DNA of 64,000 nucleotides, from contig OZ271918.1 of the NCBI GenBank assembly GCA_965602015.1, forward strand, positions 3,488,001 through 3,552,000. Reading direction: 5' to 3'. The notes below the pieces were generated by a model. It ran no database searches, was not told the origin of the DNA, and saw nothing but the letters and a program-made list of their open reading frames with translations. Shown in pieces: positions 59,829 through 64,000 of the stretch (the stretch's first letter is position 1; each line of letters opens with the position of its first letter). The position numbers and the translations under genes are program-made. This stretch comes from Salinispira sp. (GTDB lineage: Bacteria; Spirochaetota; Spirochaetia; DSM-27196; Salinispiraceae).

Positions 59829-60668
59829 TCAGCTGTTTTTTTCAGTCCATTTGCCCCAATTATGTCGAGGCCGCCAGGTAAACGCCTGCTTCACTTTGGA
59901 ATTGTCCAGTAGTGTGGAGAATGGGTCAGCGTGCTTATCAATCTCTGATCTCCAGCGGACATGTGGATGGAGTCGTTGGGTCCACTCGATTCTGTGGGGA
60001 CCGGATGTGGTGATATCGTCGGCAGACACATGGTACATCCGGTAGCCCGGTTGATTTTCTGAAACGAGCATAGCGTAGATCAGGTCGCAAAGATCCCGGA
60101 CATCGATAAAGGCTCCATACTCCCAGAACGGCTGATATTCAAAGACAGGATTGCTTCTCCGCTCTGCAGAAATATACTCGTATGTTTGCTCATCCCAGAT
60201 TCCCGGCGGACGCAGAGCGATGAGTGACATGAACTGATTGCTTTCCGCAAATCGTCGACACAATTGCTCTCCCAGAAGCTTAGACATGCCGTAATCGCTG
60301 TGCGGATCGCAGGGGTGGAGCTCGTCAATCGGGAAGTATTTCGGGGGAGACTCACCTTTGAAAATCCCCAAGGCGTCGACACTGCTGATAAAGATAAATT
60401 TTCTGATATGCTTCTGTCCGGCTGCACTGAGTAGGTTTTGCAGTGCTGCGCTATTGGAATGCATTTCATTCGATCCGCAGGTTCGCGGAAGAACGGCGCA
60501 GTGAACAAGACCGCTGCAGCCGGAAATGCGCTCTTTGAGAGAATCGGCATTGAGGAGGTCGAGTCCGTCCCTGATATCGAATCCCGTCACCGAATGACCT
60601 TCTTGACCTAGTCGGTGTTCCAGACGGGTGCCAAGAAAACCTCTGTTGCCGGTCAGTAAGATTTTCAT
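59829..60668 (-). CDS. NAD-dependent epimerase/dehydratase family protein
   Basis: ILLTGNRGFLG, ISSV, YGMSK. Confidence 0.85.
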   Translation of the reverse strand: MKILLTGNRGFLGTRLEHRLGQEGHSVTGFDIRDGLDLLNADSLKERISGCSGLVHCAVLPRTCGSNEMHSNSAALQNLLSAAGQKHIRKFIFISSVDALGIFKGESPPKYFPIDELHPCDPHSDYGMSKLLGEQLCRRFAESNQFMSLIALRPPGIWDEQTYEYISAERRSNPVFEYQPFWEYGAFIDVRDLCDLIYAMLVSENQPGYRMYHVSADDITTSGPHRIEWTQRLHPHVRWRSEIDKHADPFSTLLDNSKVKQAFTWRPRHNWGKWTEKNS

Positions 60669-60694
60669 ATCCTTCCTCATAACCCATGCAGGGC

Positions 60695-61990
60695 TTACCG
60701 GCTGGATTTTTTGAGCATATTTCGACTAAGCCATAAGGCGTGGTCTCGGTACATCGCCGCGTGTGACAGGAGCTCATCTTTACCGCTTGTTTCGGCGAAG
60801 CCGGCAGTCCAGTCGGCAAGGGTTCTGAGCCGCCGCACAGCGCTAGCAATCAGTTCTTCAGCCCGGTAGTGGAGCTCGGTTCGAGTCCCCGCATACCCAT
60901 GGAGGAATACTTCAATCCGGTCTTGCATTTCTGCGATGTCAAAGGGGCCGGGACCGTGACCGTTGATTTCCTCCGTCGGGTAAAGGGGTATAAAGCGGTA
61001 GGCGGCGTATCCCAAATCCCAAATCCGCGGTCCCGGAGCGCACACATCAAAATCGATCAGGCCGGCAAATCGGCTGTTGCGGAAAATGCAGTTGTACGGT
61101 GCCAAATCGTTGTGGCAAATAACCTCATGAGGCTCATCTAGGGTTTGAAAGAACTGATCCTCCGGTCGAATGGCAAAGTCCGAGCCGGCGTCATGGAACT
61201 CCCGGATTCGCCGGGCCACAGTTTGCAGCAGCGGCTCCTCCCATAGCCAGGAGTCTTCATCTGCACTGTCGCCTTTGATGTATGTGAGCACGTGGATTCC
61301 GTCCTCGATGCCCAAAGACCGGGGCACCCAGGTTATTCCTTTTTTCTCAAGATGCCGAAGCAGCCGGTGAACAGTTGCCGAATGACTATCCGCCTGTTTA
61401 TAGATTGTGTTATTCCAGAGCACCGGCGGATTCATATTTTCGCCGCTCAGAACTGTTCCCCGTTTGGTTATCCAGTCTCTGCGCAAGAGGGAAAAGACAA
61501 GCTGGTCGTATTTGCGATCGCCAATCCAGTAATGCTCGCGGTTGCTGCCATCCTGTTCAAAGTGACAATGCCTGAGGATGGCCACCGATGGCTGATTGAA
61601 CTCACCGGTGGTGGCATAAATTTTATGAACATCGTGGGTGGAAAAAAGCTCGTCGCACAGCCGGCTCAATGCCGCCTTGCCGTAACCCCTGCCCCGGTTG
61701 ATTTCAGGGAAGTAATACCCAATCTCGATGCTTTTATTTCTGGGGTTGTAATCAAACGCAAAAAACTGACCAACTATCTCACCGGACTCCCCATCTTTCA
61801 CGAGAAAATTCATGCTGTTATCGGAGGTAATTCTCCGCAGAATTTTTTCACTGAAGTCGGAAAAGCTCATGCTCCGGTTCTCAATAGGACGGCAGCTGTG
61901 ATATTCGGGCTGTTTCTCTTCGCTATGCCATTGGTAGAGCACGGGAATATGGGATTCATCGAGTTTTATCAGAAACACTGCGGGAGGCAT
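60695..61990 (-). CDS. Fusion protein: RimJ/RimL-type GNAT + aminoglycoside-phosphotransferase-like kinase
   Basis: N-half IEIGY..RGRGYG..NQPS; C-half CHNDLAPYN and LIDFD, in a single open frame. Confidence 0.85.
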   Translation of the reverse strand: MPPAVFLIKLDESHIPVLYQWHSEEKQPEYHSCRPIENRSMSFSDFSEKILRRITSDNSMNFLVKDGESGEIVGQFFAFDYNPRNKSIEIGYYFPEINRGRGYGKAALSRLCDELFSTHDVHKIYATTGEFNQPSVAILRHCHFEQDGSNREHYWIGDRKYDQLVFSLLRRDWITKRGTVLSGENMNPPVLWNNTIYKQADSHSATVHRLLRHLEKKGITWVPRSLGIEDGIHVLTYIKGDSADEDSWLWEEPLLQTVARRIREFHDAGSDFAIRPEDQFFQTLDEPHEVICHNDLAPYNCIFRNSRFAGLIDFDVCAPGPRIWDLGYAAYRFIPLYPTEEINGHGPGPFDIAEMQDRIEVFLHGYAGTRTELHYRAEELIASAVRRLRTLADWTAGFAETSGKDELLSHAAMYRDHALWLSRNMLKKSSR

Positions 61991-62193
61991 CTGATATAGT
62001 ATCAGGACCGGGTGTTGTAGGCAAATTTGATCTTGTCTGAAATGTTCCGTTGGTTTCTGTATGAAGCAAACCTCCAGGAAGACCGGTCTGCCGTTTTAAG
62101 AAAGCAAACGGCTTCATAGTAAGGCCCGGCCTTCTGCGGGCTGCTTAATATTTCGGTCCCGAATTTCATCGAGCGCAGCTGTGAAGAGATAGT

Positions 62194-62493
62194 TCACATT
62201 GTCTCCTGGTCAACCAATTTGGAATACATGAGCAGATCGACATGACCCTTGCCCGGCTAGTTTTCATATTTTCGCAACAGCCCCTCGCGTTGAAACCCGG
62301 CTCTTTCGAGAAGGCGCAGCGACGCGCTGTTTTGTGGGAGAACCAGGGCCTGAATTCTGATAAAACCCCAGGTAAGAAAACAGTGTTCGCAGAATGCCAT
62401 GAGGGCCTCGCCCATATATCCCCGCCCCCAGAAATCAGGGTGTAAATCATAGCCGATTGAAGCCCGTGGCGTGTATAACCGGGGAGTTATCAT
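62194..62493 (-). pseudogene. RimJ/RimL GNAT pseudogene (internal deletion plus in-frame TAG at 62257-62259)
   Basis: MITPRLYTPR is joined directly to ASIGYDL..WGRGY. After the TAG the frame continues PGKGHVDLLMYSKL to TGA 62194. Confidence 0.75.
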
Positions 62494-63021
62494 GTACACA
62501 ATGTCCTGTAGAGACTAACGGGAATGCTTCCATGAAACAGGCTTTCCTTGTAATATCTGAGACCAATTTTTTCCGCTACCCGTATCGATGCAGAGTTTTC
62601 CTTTTCAATTATGGCGATGAGCTGGGAAAACCTTCCGGACTCACAGGCGGAACTGAGAATTTTTCGTGATGCTTCAGTCGCATATCCTCGACCCCAAACA
62701 TCGGGGATTAAACGGTAACCTATCTCGGGGAAAGTGGTACCATCGATTTCCTGCATGGTGATTCCGCAGTAGCCAATTAGTTCATTTGTGGCTTTATCTA
62801 TCACTGCGTGAAGGCCTAACCCCTCGTTGTCATATAGAATGAGGTTTCGCTCGATGAATTTCGCTGTCTTTTTTATGTCATATGGTCCCGATAGCGAGTA
62901 CTGCATGACTCTTGGGTCGCCAAGCAGACGATATACGTCGGGAGTATCGCTATCCTGGAATCGGCCTGAGCGACAGCCGGGACGTGTGTAATTGCGGCGT
63001 CTCAAGTTTTATACTCACCAC
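62490..63021 (-). pseudogene. RimJ/RimL GNAT with a +1 frameshift near the 5' end
   Basis: The SD-led GTG frame reads VSIKLETPQLHTSRLSLRP. One extra base at about 62961 separates it from FQDSD...EIGY..WGRGYATEA. Confidence 0.75.
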
Positions 63022-63058
63022 CACCAATCTCCCTGGTAACTATCCTGGAAATGCAGTT

Positions 63059-63652
63059 TCATCTGGGTCTCGGTATTGCATCGGGCAGCAGCAGATGAGC
63101 TTGATATTCCCCGCCGCGGAAATCAGCACGAACGACCAGGGGCATAATATCCACGATAGATAAAAATCCTTCGTAGCTGAACGTCTCATCGAAGTGATTC
63201 AACACTGTGCTCAGGGCCGTGCCGTGAGTTCCGATTGCCATGCATCCTCCGGCATGGCGCTTTAGGAGCGGGTTTAGCGCGGCGATGCTGCGTTCTTTGA
63301 CTTCAGAAAGCGATTCTCCGCCATCCAGGGCGTAGGTAAAATCTTCCCATTGACGCCTGGCATATGCAAAGAAATCGTCCACCCAGCCTCCGACCCTGCG
63401 TTCCCCGAGGTCAGGAACTTCCCGTATCGCCATTCCTCGGGTTTTCGCCAGCGGCTCGATGGTGGATAGGGTTCGCAGGTACGGGCTTGAATATATGGCA
63501 TCCAGCGGAGTGTCGGCGAAATAATCGACCAGCCTTGCTGCGGCGGTCTTTCCGGATTCGGTGAGAGGGCGGCTGACATCGTCTTTAACGGAAAAATCCG
63601 ATTCGGCGTGGCGTATAAAATATACAGTGCAGGCGTTGGCGCTTATATCCAC
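63059..63652 (-). CDS. Histidine phosphatase (PGM-like) family protein
   Basis: FIRHAES, SSPYLRT, GGES, GTHG. Confidence 0.9.
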   Translation of the reverse strand: MDISANACTVYFIRHAESDFSVKDDVSRPLTESGKTAAARLVDYFADTPLDAIYSSPYLRTLSTIEPLAKTRGMAIREVPDLGERRVGGWVDDFFAYARRQWEDFTYALDGGESLSEVKERSIAALNPLLKRHAGGCMAIGTHGTALSTVLNHFDETFSYEGFLSIVDIMPLVVRADFRGGEYQAHLLLPDAIPRPR

Positions 63653-64000
63653 TTCAAGTCCTCATCGCTGTAGCGAATTCCCCGGCCCTTGCTTCCCGGA
63701 CGGGGCATTTCAATTTTCGCCTTCCAGGCCCTGTCGACATCAGCCTTGGTAAGATGCGGGTTATTGCGAAGGAAATCCCTGGTGTACTGATTGTATTGGT
63801 TGTGATCCTCGATTGGCTGGTCCTTCCTCAACTGGGTTATCTGAGGCCAGGCATCTATGGCATCCCCAAGGGTATAGCCGATATGGGCTTTCATCCACTT
63901 CATAAAGGTGATGCTGAAGCGGAAACCCGGTCCCAGGTGCTTAACAAAAAAGCGGCGCACATTGGGATTGTTGCGGTAGTTATCGGTGATTACCGTTGTC
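63643..64000 (-). CDS. DUF6434-like hypothetical protein; 5' end outside the window
   Basis: Frame open to the window edge (TTVITDNYRNNPNVRRFF...QYNQYTRDF). Family call is from recalled motif similarity. Confidence 0.6.
   Translation of the reverse strand, partial: TTVITDNYRNNPNVRRFFVKHLGPGFRFSITFMKWMKAHIGYTLGDAIDAWPQITQLRKDQPIEDHNQYNQYTRDFLRNNPHLTKADVDRAWKAKIEMPRPGSKGRGIRYSDEDLKWI

Noticed and set aside
27654..62259. Amber recoding (pyrrolysine or TAG reassignment) suggested by two in-frame TAGs
   Set aside because: TAG is the normal terminator of intact genes here (e.g. selU at 4830, permease at 14899, PKD gene at 19451). No pyl genes are present, and one of the two genes carries an additional deletion.
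59829..64000. Integron cassette array (GNAT-rich small genes)
   Set aside because: Genes overlap or abut, no repeated attC-like elements are visible, and there is no integrase in the window.

Overview
This is a 64-kb, gene-dense bacterial chromosomal window, about 60 CDS and mostly on the minus strand. The gene style (small beta-barrel OMP, MCP, GGDEF proteins, lipoproteins) suggests a free-living anaerobic spirochaete, but that is inference only. I found no rRNA, tRNA, CRISPR array, transposase or integrase. Main modules: selD-selU (2-selenouridine); two ABC-2 exporter operons, each with a palindromic operator; a heterodimeric ABC exporter; a three-gene lipoprotein / PKD-FG-GAP lipoprotein / TIGR03032 (DUF4915) operon; a CusRS-like two-component system with a cop-box-like palindrome in front of tandem DegP/HtrA proteases; a complete methylmalonyl-CoA mutase/MeaB/epimerase plus Na+-translocating methylmalonyl-CoA decarboxylase operon; and a decaying GNAT-rich cluster at the right end. 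The most unusual signal concerns translation initiation. Three genes have their expected N-termini behind well-spaced Shine-Dalgarno sites but start at near-cognate codons (AUA, ACG, AUC). About eight others look leaderless, with a -10 box 5-8 nt before the start codon and no SD. Other points are a tandem repeat that multiplies an SD site, two in-frame amber codons, one +1 frameshift and a GNAT-phosphotransferase fusion. Start sites were re-read by eye and no database searches were run.
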